64,000 bases of DNA from Lobosporangium transversale (lineage: Eukaryota): contig NW_019028981.1 of NCBI RefSeq assembly GCF_002105155.1, positions 744,001 through 808,000 of the forward strand, given 5' to 3'. This document shows, piece by piece, positions 11,541 through 23,385 of this stretch (position 1 is its first letter; the number at the start of each line of letters is the position of its first letter). Below the pieces are notes generated by a model that was not told the DNA's origin, ran no database searches, and worked only from the letters and a program-made list of their open reading frames with translations. Made by a program: the position numbers and the translations under genes.

Positions 11541-12804
11541 CGGTATATATATATATTTGTATAAACTGTTTCGTCATAGCGAAAATAATAACTAGCCCGC
11601 TTCATGGATGGATGGGTTCTTTACCTGAAGGAGATGGATGGATGAGGATGGGTTAAATATAAATAGTGAGAACAGAAGTGAAAACTGATTAAAAAAATAA
11701 CGATTTGAGATATTTTTTGAATTGAAATGAATGGAGGCTTGAGTTGCAAACAGCTCCATGGTTAGTTTAAAGGCCGCCATGGTACTAAGCACACCGGCCA
11801 TGGTTCTGATTACACCAATATGCCGATGGGTCTCATCTATCAGCACACCCTAGGAAAAGCCGACATTGTGCACTGAAACAGTCATCATACTCGCCAGTCA
11901 CTTTACCTCTGACTCTCGAACATTTATTTTTATCTCTCAGCTTGCTTAAGCTTATCATCCACAACGTCTTGAGCGAATCCGAGTGTTTGGTACCTACGGG
12001 ACCATGATGATAAAGGATGTAGTCTATGTTTGTGATAGACCCCAATAGGCTATGATTGAGAGCCCTGAACCAAGGGATGCTCTCCCTGGATACTATTCCG
12101 AGCCTTATGTTCAGTGATAGCCGAAATGGTTGGTCATATTAATAATGTGTAATGTGTGTATTAGACGAACCAAGCCTAGGAAGTAGCTTTTCCAACTTGT
12201 CAAGTATCTGAGCAAGACAAAGGCATAGATGTGGACCACTATCGAGTTATAACGTCTTTGATGGCATTTCAAGCGACTTCATAGAGAAAGAGATTGTTTA
12301 GTCTTGGCGTAGGTCCATTCCAGGAACAAGCTAAACTGTAGACATGTGCTAAGAGAGCACATCTCAGATTAAATGGGCATAGCAACGATGGACATGTACA
12401 CAAACATGTATAAAATATATAAACATGTATTTGTAGTTCACATGAGGGGATGAACTAATGCATAATAAACAAAGAGCTAAAATATGTCAGCACCCCGGTA
12501 ACCGACCAAAAAGAGCACGAATCGTGCCTCTGCTCCTCTCTCATTTCCTGTTCTTGGATGGAAAGCTTCCAAAATAAGATTATTTTTATTATTTTTTTAC
12601 GCCCATCCATCCTATCCACCCATTGGTAATTCTCCTGAGAAGATTCATTTTCTATTTAAACCCCACCTTCAGCTACGATTGACTCCACTCGACTCTGTTC
12701 TTCTTTCTCATTTCCCCTTTCACTAAATCTCATTCTCTCCTCCCTGTATTATTTACACATCTCACAGTACCAATCGCATTTACACATACACACACATACA
12801 TATC

Positions 12805-13869
12805 ATGCTCGTCAACCTTGCTTCCATTGCAACTACAGTGCTTCTCCTTGGCTCAGTTATCTCAGCAGCCCCAGGCAATCCGGGCCAGATTGTCCAGATC
12901 AAGTCCGGTACCAACTGGTGCATGATGATGCCACCTGAGGAAGGCGGTGATATTGCTGCTAGTGAAGATTTTGCCATTGCCTTCTGCACCAACGAGGATG
13001 TCGATGCCCCTGGTGCCAAGATCTTCCCTCCCGGCTTCATTCAGTCGGCTAACTTTGCATCTGGCAAGGGTTACGTCCAGGTTACTGGCAAGATTGACCG
13101 TACTAAATACAGCTTGGCCGAGACTGACCAGGGTGGCCAATATGATATCAAGGCACCTGTTGGTAAATATATATATATATTTGAAATAATGAATATGTAA
13201 TAGTTGGAAATGATACTAACGGATTTGTTTATAATCTATTGAAGGATCGGCATGTGCTGGCTACAATCACTATGTAAATTTAATTGAGCCTCATTCCAAC
13301 ACTTATTGTATCCGTTGCTGTGATGAGAAGATGGATTGTAACATCGGTAAGAGGCTCTGTAGTATTTTTGATTTCAGAAGGATATAGTGTAGTTTCTTGT
13401 TTCTGATTAACACTCTCTATTGTATCTCTCTGTATTGTTTATCTGACCATTGTACTCTTCAAGGCAAATCTACTTTTGGTTGTGCATACATTATCCCTGG
13501 TGATTATTCTGGCCCGTCTGATCCTGATGTACCTGTAAGTCAGTTGACAACATGGACGCGTTCGACCTATAAAAAAGATTAAGAGAGACTTTTATTAATT
13601 TTCTTCGATCTATTCCATTTATTCCTGCACCAAAGAAGGTTTCTGCTCCTGTGACATCTACTACAGGTCCATCGTCTGTTGTGTCACCAACTGCCATTAC
13701 TACGGCCGTAACCCACGCATCCTCTTCTGTCAGCCCTGCCAGCACTACCGTCACTACCACCACGGTCAGTGCTTCATCTTCTCAAGGGACCAATGCTGCT
13801 GTTGCACAAAGCTACTCTGCTCCCATGCTTGGCGTTGCAGCCGTCGCAGCAGCAGTAATCCTTCTTTAA
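12805..13869 (+). CDS. Secreted Cys-rich protein with Ser/Thr stalk and likely GPI signal (MP88 mannoprotein-like domain)
   Basis: Exons 12805-13162, 13245-13346, 13464-13534 and 13639(or 13636)-13869. Signal peptide, then WCMMMPP..GGDIAASE..AIAFCT, YVQVTG, DQGGQYD, VNLIEP...YCIRCC, GCAYIIPGDY, an S/T-rich region and a hydrophobic C-terminus. Confidence 0.85.
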
Positions 13870-14892
13870 TAAAACGTATGATGGTCACATTATTTATTTA
13901 CACCTAATAAACTTAATGAGGGGAGGACATAGATACACAGGTTATGTAATACACTAACCATCATATAAATGTGTACAGTATATTGGAATGTTATTTTTTA
14001 ATATAAAACAGATGCCTGCTCGTTTCGTGCAGAAGTGAGTCGAGACTTCTTGCCACTGGGGACAAATCTTCAAAAGGAGCAGCAACAGCAGAGCAGTCTT
14101 TGACAATAGACTAGGTTAAGGGAAACATAAGGTGTCCCCAAGGCAAATGGCCTCCAACGCAGAGAGAAAGAGAACAAGAACAAGAGCAAAAGAGAAGAGG
14201 GAAAAATAGGGAGGATAAATGGATTGCTTGGGTTGTGGACTACAGCTACGTGACTGTCACGTGCACGCGGCAAAATTCCGGGTAATTGATCCAATTTTAA
14301 TCGGAGCAAAAAAGATTCTTTCTTTCTTTCCATCTGTGAATCTGGCTAGTTGACTGACTAGATGTCTGGTTGTTTGTCTATCGTTTGATTGTCAAAAAGA
14401 AAAAGGAAGAAAGAAGAGGCGCAGGTTTCGTCCAATGCTGATAAACGAAAAACTCTTGACAGGCAAAATGATTAACCATACCTCGATTAAAAGAAGACTA
14501 GACTAGTCTATTAGTTTATCAGTCAGTGGGGTGTCCTGTGGCCTGTGGAGAGATTGTTGGTAAATGTTTCCATGAGGAGAAAAGAAAGAGCAAAGCACAA
14601 TGTGAGGGAAATGGTGAAAGAATAAACCCGGAAGAACTGATTAAACTAAATAAGCATGAGACAAGAACTCTATTTTTTTTTTTTTTCTCTTTCGGCTCAT
14701 TTTTCACTCTTTTTTTCCTCGCCGTCTCTCTTTTCATTTATTAAATTCCATCATTTCATCCATCGTACATTCAGAAGATTACACAGCTATCTTTCTTTTA
14801 CTTTATTTACGCATGCCTCTCTAGCATCAGACCCAACACCTCCTTAACCAAAGTATTACAACTCAAATCAAGCAACTAATATTAATAATTAT

Positions 14893-14968
14893 AATAACAG
14901 TAACAACAGCACAACAACAACAACAACAACAACAAGAGTAATAACAATAATAAGAACAATAACAATAA
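14893..14968 (+). repeat. (AAC/AAT)n low-complexity trinucleotide tract upstream of the Zn2Cys6 gene
   Basis: Runs such as acaacaacaacaacaacaacaac and aataacaataataag are seen directly. Confidence 0.8.
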
Positions 14969-15055
14969 AGCATCACTTCCTCCACTACAAACAATTATCC
15001 ATCGCCACCAACCACCCTCATTTACTTTATTCAGTTATAGTGTAGCCAATACCCA

Positions 15056-18000
15056 ATGGCTGATACTAAGCGCCTTAGGGTGTCCAAGGTCAATACTACT
15101 TACTATTGCTATACCATCACCGCTATTATTATTGCCATCTCGACAACGATGACTATATTTTTGATCTATAACTGAATCTAACATGAAAACAGATTTAAAT
15201 TTCTTCTCTTTACATTTAAATTACAATCAACAGGCATGCGACTCGTGCCGAAGAAAAAAAGTCAAATGTGGTAAGGGAACTAAAAAAGAAAAAAAAATCG
15301 ATTGAGACGATTACAACAACGATTACAGTAGGAATATTCAAGTCACTGAGCGCTTTTTGTCACTTTGTGTTAAACCCCTCTTGAATAGACGCCATCCACC
15401 CCCTTTGCACAAATTGTGAGACCTTCAATTATGAATGTAAGCACAGCTCTGTCAATTTTACTTAGAATTGTAATATGAAAGAGAAAGTCGATGTAATGCA
15501 AATCAATACAAGAGTCAAAGAAAAAAGAAAAAAGAAAAAAAAAAAAAAAAAAGGGTCTAGACCATGTCTGTTCACCTGAAGTGATCTATTTATGCTCGGT
15601 ACAATCTTTAGACTAACATCATTTTGATTCTCTTACGACTGCAGGCACATACAACGATCCAACCAAAAAGAGAGGCCCACCAAAGGGTAAGTAATCATGT
15701 TGGAATGTATCCAGTCTCGCATTTTTTGTTTAAAAAAAAAGTTCTCCCAAAGACTCACTCCCTGCATCTGCTAACGACTTCAGGTAAAATTGTCCCCATG
15801 ATGACAGGCTATATCGAGGCCATAGAAGCGCGCCTCCATCGTATGGAGGGCCTTTTGGGCGGACTGGTCAAGGACAAGGATCCACGTGCTGAAATTGTGC
15901 GTGCCGAACTGGACGCTATGGCTCGAGAAGCGGAAATGACGGGACTAAAGCTGAGAAGATCCAAGGCTTACGAGGAAATTAATCATGTAAGTAGCTTCTA
16001 TTGACTAATTTACTTTCTACGATCAATATCTTCTTTTAACACCTTTTTTTTTCCCCTTCAAGGTAATCACAAGTGCTGGGTCTTCTAGTTCGTCTGCAGG
16101 AAAGAATGTGGCCCCATCGCCAGGATCTAGCTCATCTTCTTCGACTTCTCGACCTTTACACCAACAACAGCAACTTCATCGCCCTCTACCGGGAAACCAC
16201 GTTTCATCGAGTCGCCAAACAACACAATCTTCGACCCAGACTTTTACTTCTCACGTGAATTCTTCCGCGCATCCGGATACCAATACCACACAAGGATCTA
16301 ACTCCAGTCGTAATCAACCGCATATCCAACTTTCATCAGTAACGGCGATATCTCGCTCGAACCACTATCAATCATATGAAAATTCGCGCCATCCGCTGCC
16401 ATCATCATCTTCTTCAAGTCTTCAGCGTCCTCAGAATGCACCACAACCACAACGTCTTCCAGCTCACTCCTCTCATGGTGTCAACTCCAATTACCACAAC
16501 CAGCATCAACCTCATTTCTCCCCACAGCCACCACAGCATCAGCAGCATCAGCATCGGCAATCGCAGCAAAAGTCCTCGCATTCACCTTATTCATCAAACT
16601 ATAGTGAGGCTAGGCCCACAGGCTCAAATCAGTCTCTTGGCTACACAGATAGTCGCATGTCACAAAATCATCTTCGACCAGGCTCACATGTTACACAATC
16701 ACATCATTCAAGCCATACCTTGCACGAGTCAGATCGTCAACGGACCCTCACCACTAACGGTGGAAGCAACAGCAGTTTCAATATGAGTCATCGACACAGC
16801 TTTAGTAACGGTAGCAGTCATAGCAGCCAAGAAATGGATTCACATCGCCTAGTTACACACAGACCGTCTTTGACGACCCATCCACTCTCCAACCCCTTGA
16901 CAGGATACATGCATATTCCGGAAACTAATAGCAAGGACGTAGCGCTGATCATGCCATCGATTGACGTTATCGACCATCTACTGGAAGTGCACTTTCGCTC
17001 AATTCACCCTGTTTTACCCATGCTTCATGCACGTACGATTTTGGATCAAATCCGCCAAAGTGAATCACCTCCTTCTCATTTATTGTTTGCCATTCTGGGC
17101 CTTGCATCTCGCTTTAGTGATAATACTGCATTCCGCACTCCCCAACATGGTGTGGAACGGCCCCCTTGTACCATCTTTTACGAAAGGGCAAAGTTTTTCA
17201 TGAAAGACGAGTACGACAACTCTCAAATCGCCACTATCCAGACTCTCCTTCTGATGGCTATACAGCAAATGGGATTCTGCGAAAGCCAGCGTGCTTGGTT
17301 ATATGTGGGAATGGCAATTCGGATGGCGCAAGATCTGGGTCTCAATAAAGAGCCGTCGGAGCAGGAGTACAACAGAAATAGGTTGCAATGTGAATTACGC
17401 AAACGGACGTGGTGGTCTCTTTATGTGGTTGATCGACTTATATGTGCTGGTCTTGGAAGGTAATCAGATCAGGAGGCTTGTTTATTCATTTATTGTTTTT
17501 ATTCTTGCATTCGGTTTACGCTAACACTGTACAGTAATGATTAGACCTCTAACGATCATGCACAAGGACTGTGAAACTGGGTTCCCTCAGAATGAAGATG
17601 AGGAAGTTGATTTTACCACAGGAAGGACGGTGCTCTCTCGACCAGCAACTATTGCCAACTTTATCCACCTGCTGACCTTGTCCAAGATTCAGGGCGACAT
17701 TCTGGAATTTATCAAGGCTAAACACTGCACTCCTTTAAAATCTAACAAAAGTAGCAGCAAAAATTCCGCATTTATCCAAAACTTCGAGAATGGATTTGAT
17801 CAGGATCGAGAGAGTTGCGTGGATACAAGTGATGCAGTGTTCTCTGCACTTGACAAGGCCCTGACAGAATGGCGTCAGAATCTACCAGAGTCATTGCAAA
17901 TCCCTACAGCATATTCACCGCGCTATGGTCTTTTCCTTCACCTTACCTTCAACACACTTGTCATCCTACTTCACCGGCCTGAAATGTCTACGTCTCCCAC

Positions 18001-19585
18001 ATCGGCCTCATTGTGCGTACAAGCCGCAGCTACTATTTCAGATATTACCGAGATACTCATGGACACCGAGGCTCTCACATCCATGTTCATCAGCTGCCTG
18101 TATGCCATTTTTTCGGCAGGCATTGTCCATTTCATGAACATTCCGAGCGTTCGCAAGCCAAGCAAATCGTCTTTCCCTAGTCCCGTACTGTCTGCTTCCA
18201 ATGAGACTCTGTCTAATCACACGATCAATGCCAAAACTAATTTGAAGCGTTGTATTGATGCTCTCAAGTTCTTGGCTAACCATTGGGTCAGCGCTGCTCG
18301 CCGAGCCAAGGTATTGGAAGATCTATTGGATTTGAAACATGTCAGCTTAAAGGACCTTGAAGTTGACACGTTCAAAATGTCACCGGTTGGACCATCTTGG
18401 GTGTTGGAATCTCAATACAAGGATGCGTTGGTTGGCCCACGAGAATGCCAGGACAAACTTCGGCAGCAATGTCGCTCCAAAGTTATGGCAATTCAATCTT
18501 TATTAGTTAATGATGACGAGTTCAATAAGATGCAGCACCGCAGAAGCATTAGCTTCCCTGATCACAATATGGATATTGAATTAGAACATATCGAGGAAAG
18601 CTCACAGGTACAGGTACAGGAACCAGTTAACAAGGGCGACGATAACGTGGAGCAGGGATTTCGAGTGCAGGAAGACGCAGCTATGAATCAATCGAAATCT
18701 AGTGCATCGTCATCTCCGGCCATGTCAAACCGACCACCACCATCCATGGTTGGCCTGGGTGCTCAATCCCCGGTCCAAACTGAGCCATCGGTATCATCGC
18801 CTTCACCGGGTCGTACGGACACCACCATCACTCAGACTTTGGAATCCGATTCAGAGTTGGTGCACTCAACTATCAGTCCCAACATGTTTGAAAGCTCTAC
18901 AGGAGATAACAACAGCAGCAGCAAGAGGGTCAAGGCACAAGAGAGCGGTCTGTTGACCCCTATAACTGTGAGAGCACTAGCGCACGGGACCACTTCGCCT
19001 CAATTGGATGATGCACGTCGCAAGTCGGAGGCAACAAGTCCACTGGCGAATGAAAAGAATACGAGCAGTACTATCGTGCCATCACTCGCATCGGGTAGTC
19101 AAGGAGCCATGTTGGATCCATTTTCCATGCCTAGTAGCATCTCATTTCCAGACTGGAGCAATGACCGACGGCCTAGCAGTGCTGATGTGAACAGATCATC
19201 TGGAGCTCAACCTAGTAGTCAGTTCAACACAGTCTGGACCACAGATTCGCTAACACAGCGTACTACTGCCAGATCAGCTGCATCGTCGCCTATGATCTCA
19301 TCAAGCGGTATTATGGGAAGCGATAATAAGAAGACAGCTGCTCCTAACCATACGCCTAACACAAGTATAAATATAAGCGCTCAGCCTCTCCCGCTTAACA
19401 GCGAGCCAAACACATACGCCTTGTCTGTTTCTAAAGCAAGCGAGCAGCGCGAAGATCAAGACCTCGTCTGGCACGACATGCCTCCAACCCTTGGTCTTGA
19501 TGAATGGACAGCCTATATTGGAGCTTTAATGATGCGTTGGCTCTATGCTTCTGGACAATCTTCCCCACGCTCGAATGTATCATAA
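15056..19585 (+). CDS. Zn(II)2Cys6 fungal transcription factor with fungal-specific middle homology region
   Basis: Exons 15056-15088, 15234-15270, 15389-15436, 15645-15686, 15808-15986, 16063-17459 and 17545-19585. They rebuild ACDSCRRKKVKCDAIHPLCTNCETFNYECTYNDPTKKRGPPKGYIEAIEARL. The MHR motif AWLYVGMAIRMAQDLGL...RKRTWWSLYVVDR...GRP is present. Confidence 0.93.
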
Positions 19586-19604
19586 TGGGAAGCAACTTTT
19601 TATA

Positions 19605-19651
<47 letters not shown>

Positions 19652-19769
19652 TTGATTTATCAATGTATTATTAGTAAGATCTTCCATTGTACCATGCATG
19701 GAAATAAATCAAGGAGCATGAATCAATATTTTTTAAGATTTCTCAACCATTCTTTGATATTTTATTGAA

Positions 19770-22433
19770 TTATGCAGGGCCTTTGGCAACACATTCTGTG
19801 GTGCAAAATTTGCGCCCAAATTTGTCAAATGGTGTCAAGTCATTTAGACTCTTACCACAGGTCACACAAATATTCTTGCCCTCTTGGACAGCTCTACGAA
19901 TGGTCTCTGCTTGACGCATGGCGGCCATACGAGCTTCTGCAGCATTAGCGCGTCGCTCACGTTCTAGACGCATCCGCATTTCGGGTGATAGATTTGAATG
20001 GGCGGCTGAAACACTGGCCATGTTCTTGGCCAATAGACTGGGCGGTGATGTTGATGATGTCACCGTTAGCCTAGAGGCTGAGTTATGTTCAACAGGGATC
20101 TTAGATCGGCTTGGCTCTTTCGTCTTTTTTCGCTCACGCTCCGCTTCCAATACCTTGCGTGCCTTTTCTTTAGCCTTTCTCTCCTGCTCTGCCTCCATCT
20201 CTGGTGTGAGTGCAGAAGGAACATGTGCCTGTCCAACCCAGTCCCATGCCTCTGGTAGTAATGCCATGGCTCTTCTGAAAGCATTTCGTGTCTCTTTATC
20301 CTTGGCAACGTCGTATGCAGTTAATGAACTGGTACCGAGCGAGAGCGATTTGTTTTCAGAATCATCCTGTCCACTATCATTGTCATGTCCTGATATGGTT
20401 GAGGTGATCGTCGGGTCAGCCATATGCTTCTCCAATAACGCCTTGACAACTTGAGCTTGGCCGTGGTGAGAAGCTACATGCAATATGGTGGGTGTCCTAC
20501 GAATATCGTATTCTGTACTGGTTGTCAACGGCAGAGGCTGCGAGACATCAATACCATACTTCTGAATATGATTCGACATGGCTTCAGCGCGACCCTTTTT
20601 GACTAACTCGACTAGTTTGATCAGCTCAGGGGATGGGCTGGATGTCGTCATAGTTGGCTGCTTTGCCTTCTTACCACCCTCCAGCAGTGATGTAGCTCTT
20701 GCTTGAGAATTTCGCAATGCTCGTTCAAGCGCCTCCTGCTCTTCCAACTCTTTCTGCTTCAATGCTTCCGGACTGAGAACAGAGACCTTGACTGTAGTTA
20801 GCTCCAGATAGGCGCGTTTGAGCTCAGAGAGGGTAGGCCGTCTTGTCATAAAGGGGATGGAACGAAGACGCCCTTGTCGGTCTGCAGTAGAGATCACCGA
20901 ATTTTCAAAAAATAGAACCCGGCGGTTGTTTCCAGGAGAATGAACAAAGACACATTCACTTTGCTGGATCCAGTGAGACCAACCCTCAAGCAATTCACGG
21001 ACTTCAAGTTTCAATGCTTCTTCGTTATACATGCGCACACGTGCTCCTGCGGAATTGGCGATCCCATGCGATCCCTGCGAACCTCCTTGCTGACGTCGGA
21101 CTAGAATAAATATATATTGTACAGACAATGAGTCAGGTTCTGAATGGCAGGAAAAAAAAAAAAAAAAAAAAAAAAGCCCTAGATTGAATTGTTTACCTGT
21201 ATAGCGATGAAATGTTTTATGGGCAATAACTTTCATATCACGGCCATGTGATGAAACTTGGCCTGCAAGGTCCATAACCATGCCTGCAAAGTGGCCTCCT
21301 CCAATCATGATCAGAGTCCATAGTCGTGCCTGATGGGGAGGATTAGCAGAAGCATTCTGCTTCTGCTTGGCCTGCTTCTGATATTTGATCCAGTCGGGCT
21401 CATACTCCACCTCTTCTTCCTCTTCTTCTTCCTGTCCATCTTCTTGTCCTCTCTCACCCATATTCATGCCGAGGTTTTGAACATTGTTCTGTGCTTGCGA
21501 ATCCTGCTGTGCCGCAACAGTTTCAATTGAATCTACAAGTGGTGTACCAGCGCTTTGATCTATCTGTTCATCAATTGCAGGAAGAGCCTCCTTTGGATCT
21601 TCTGCAGTAACTGCCGCTGCCGCTAGTCTCCTAGCTTCTCTTCTCGCCTTGTTGTTTTTCTTTTTATTGACTGGTGGTGGTATATCGAATTGGAGCGACT
21701 GAAGGTATGCCACTATATTTTCACATTGGCCTTTATTAGGCAGCGCGTTCTTATAGATGCCCAGACGCACAGTGTCATTGTAAAGTGAGGAGGTGAACCA
21801 GATCAAAGGTGACGAGCAAGATTCCCGGAACTGTTGATCAGCACGCTGCCGTTGATAAATCATGAGAGGGTCTTGCTCACGTGCTTCCTGGCCTTCTTTG
21901 ACGGACAATTCGATTTTCTTCATCAATGAGCTGATTCTGCCCGTTGCTCCGTCGTTGTTGAGGTCTGAATAATAATCACTGTCATCAGTATCTGATCCGG
22001 AAATGCTTGAAAGATCTTGGATCATATTTTCAAATTGGGCTTCTGAGATGGGTTTGGCCTGTTTATTCAAAAGCTGTTGTTTGAGATTGTACCGGTGCCA
22101 ATCAAGCTTGACATGCTCGCGTTGTTTTTCGACGCTCTCAAACTGAGTAATTCCACAGATACGGCAAGAGGGAGCTGCTGAGTCAAGGCTGGTGGGAACA
22201 GGTGTTGCAACAGTATCTGAGCCGTAGGTTTGATTAACAGCAGTATTTATAGTATGATTCTCCAACAAAGGATCTGATTTAAGAATCTCGGATTGAGAAT
22301 TCAAACTGAGCGAAGAAATGATTTCTGGTGGCAAGAAAAAGATCGAAAGAGGTGCTGATGGCATTGCTAATTTTGCTGTTGGTGACACAGCATGGTCATG
22401 TTCAGTTGTGCTATGGATCTTGTGTTGTGACAT
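19770..22433 (-). CDS. VMS1: Vms1/ANKZF1 ribosome quality-control factor (C2H2 ZnF, VLRF1 domain, ankyrin repeats)
   Basis: Motifs CRIC...QREHVKLDWHRYNLKQ, IGGGHFAG, HKTFHRYT|VRRQQGGSQ, SAGARVRMYNE, LRSIPFMTRRPT and ankyrin TILHVASHHG. One intron at 21196-21101. The start codon is uncertain (22433 or 22364). Confidence 0.93.
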   Translation of the reverse strand: MSQHKIHSTTEHDHAVSPTAKLAMPSAPLSIFFLPPEIISSLSLNSQSEILKSDPLLENHTINTAVNQTYGSDTVATPVPTSLDSAAPSCRICGITQFESVEKQREHVKLDWHRYNLKQQLLNKQAKPISEAQFENMIQDLSSISGSDTDDSDYYSDLNNDGATGRISSLMKKIELSVKEGQEAREQDPLMIYQRQRADQQFRESCSSPLIWFTSSLYNDTVRLGIYKNALPNKGQCENIVAYLQSLQFDIPPPVNKKKNNKARREARRLAAAAVTAEDPKEALPAIDEQIDQSAGTPLVDSIETVAAQQDSQAQNNVQNLGMNMGERGQEDGQEEEEEEEVEYEPDWIKYQKQAKQKQNASANPPHQARLWTLIMIGGGHFAGMVMDLAGQVSSHGRDMKVIAHKTFHRYTGKQFNLGLFFFFFFFSCHSEPDSLSVQYIFILVRRQQGGSQGSHGIANSAGARVRMYNEEALKLEVRELLEGWSHWIQQSECVFVHSPGNNRRVLFFENSVISTADRQGRLRSIPFMTRRPTLSELKRAYLELTTVKVSVLSPEALKQKELEEQEALERALRNSQARATSLLEGGKKAKQPTMTTSSPSPELIKLVELVKKGRAEAMSNHIQKYGIDVSQPLPLTTSTEYDIRRTPTILHVASHHGQAQVVKALLEKHMADPTITSTISGHDNDSGQDDSENKSLSLGTSSLTAYDVAKDKETRNAFRRAMALLPEAWDWVGQAHVPSALTPEMEAEQERKAKEKARKVLEAERERKKTKEPSRSKIPVEHNSASRLTVTSSTSPPSLLAKNMASVSAAHSNLSPEMRMRLERERRANAAEARMAAMRQAETIRRAVQEGKNICVTCGKSLNDLTPFDKFGRKFCTTECVAKGPA

Positions 22434-22809
22434 AATGATAGGTGTAGACAAATAGCTTCGTTATAAAAGGAGATTTGTAGAAGAATGATTGAAAGATGTA
22501 AAAAGTGATGGAAACCGTTTAAATAGGGAAAGATCTATAAGGCATCTACGAACTGGAGTTGTTGGAGTACAGACTCCGCCACATCATCAAATCACAACAG
22601 CCGCAGTTCTGTCAATTACACGTGTTTGCGCTGCGGCATATCATATATTATATCCTACGTGTTTTAGTCAAGCACGATTTATAGTTGAAGACTAATCTAT
22701 GATGCTCTATTAGAATACAGGCTCATTCATCATAGTTGGGCTAGAAGAGTACCAAGTCGGGATTAATTACTCCTGCACGACTAAAAAAGAGGATTACTAC
22801 TGTTAACGT

Positions 22810-23385
22810 CGTATTCGACTCTAACCATCAGGAGGGCAACCCCATAATATGACATGTGCGGCCACATCATAAGGCCCTCACTGAACCTGTCTGTCCCTTG
22901 GACTGAATGAGTTGTTACCCTTCTTGGAACATGATCCTAGATATACCGAAGGTTGCCATGGCGGATCTTGTGAATCTAACACCTATTGTGAACTGTACTA
23001 CAAAATAATAGTTAAATCACTCCCAGCCTATTTCCATTTTTCAACATTGCAATCGGTAATTTTATTTTGTTTTTATTTTCTGTAGAGCTGGTCTTAGACA
23101 ACATATTGGTATCAATACTGCTCCTCTCAGGCGGCGTTAAATTGTGGTGACAGAGGCAGGCTATGGGAGCAGCTTACTGGTTTCATTTGTAGCCTCAACC
23201 GCTCTAAAGAAGCCTCTTTTCATGTTCGCTCTCAGATCGTAGAGAGCTTCAGCTGAAATCCCCCAAGGTGATCTCTTTTACCTTTTATCGTGTTCTCTTT
23301 ACCCGTCAAACGAAGGCTAACAGCGAATAGCAGGGAGGTTGAGATACTTGACGGCTTCACGAGTTGAGGAACCTTACACCATGAG
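22810..23385 (-). mobile_element. Degenerate Tc1/mariner (IS630-Tc1) transposase relic
   Basis: Minus-strand fragments, with stops and frameshifts: GSS/TREAVKYLNL (first HTH), SKLLP*PASVTTI*RRLRGAVLI...RPAL (second HTH, S.xTIxRRL...KP.L motif) and LIQSKGQ.../GLMMWPHMSYYGV (the GGGS.MVWG.M...GVG motif of the DDE domain). Confidence 0.65.

Noticed and set aside
11835..11875. IYQHTLGKADIV, resembling the end of an LTR-retrotransposon RNase H
   Set aside because: The match is too short and has no flanking RT or integrase motifs.
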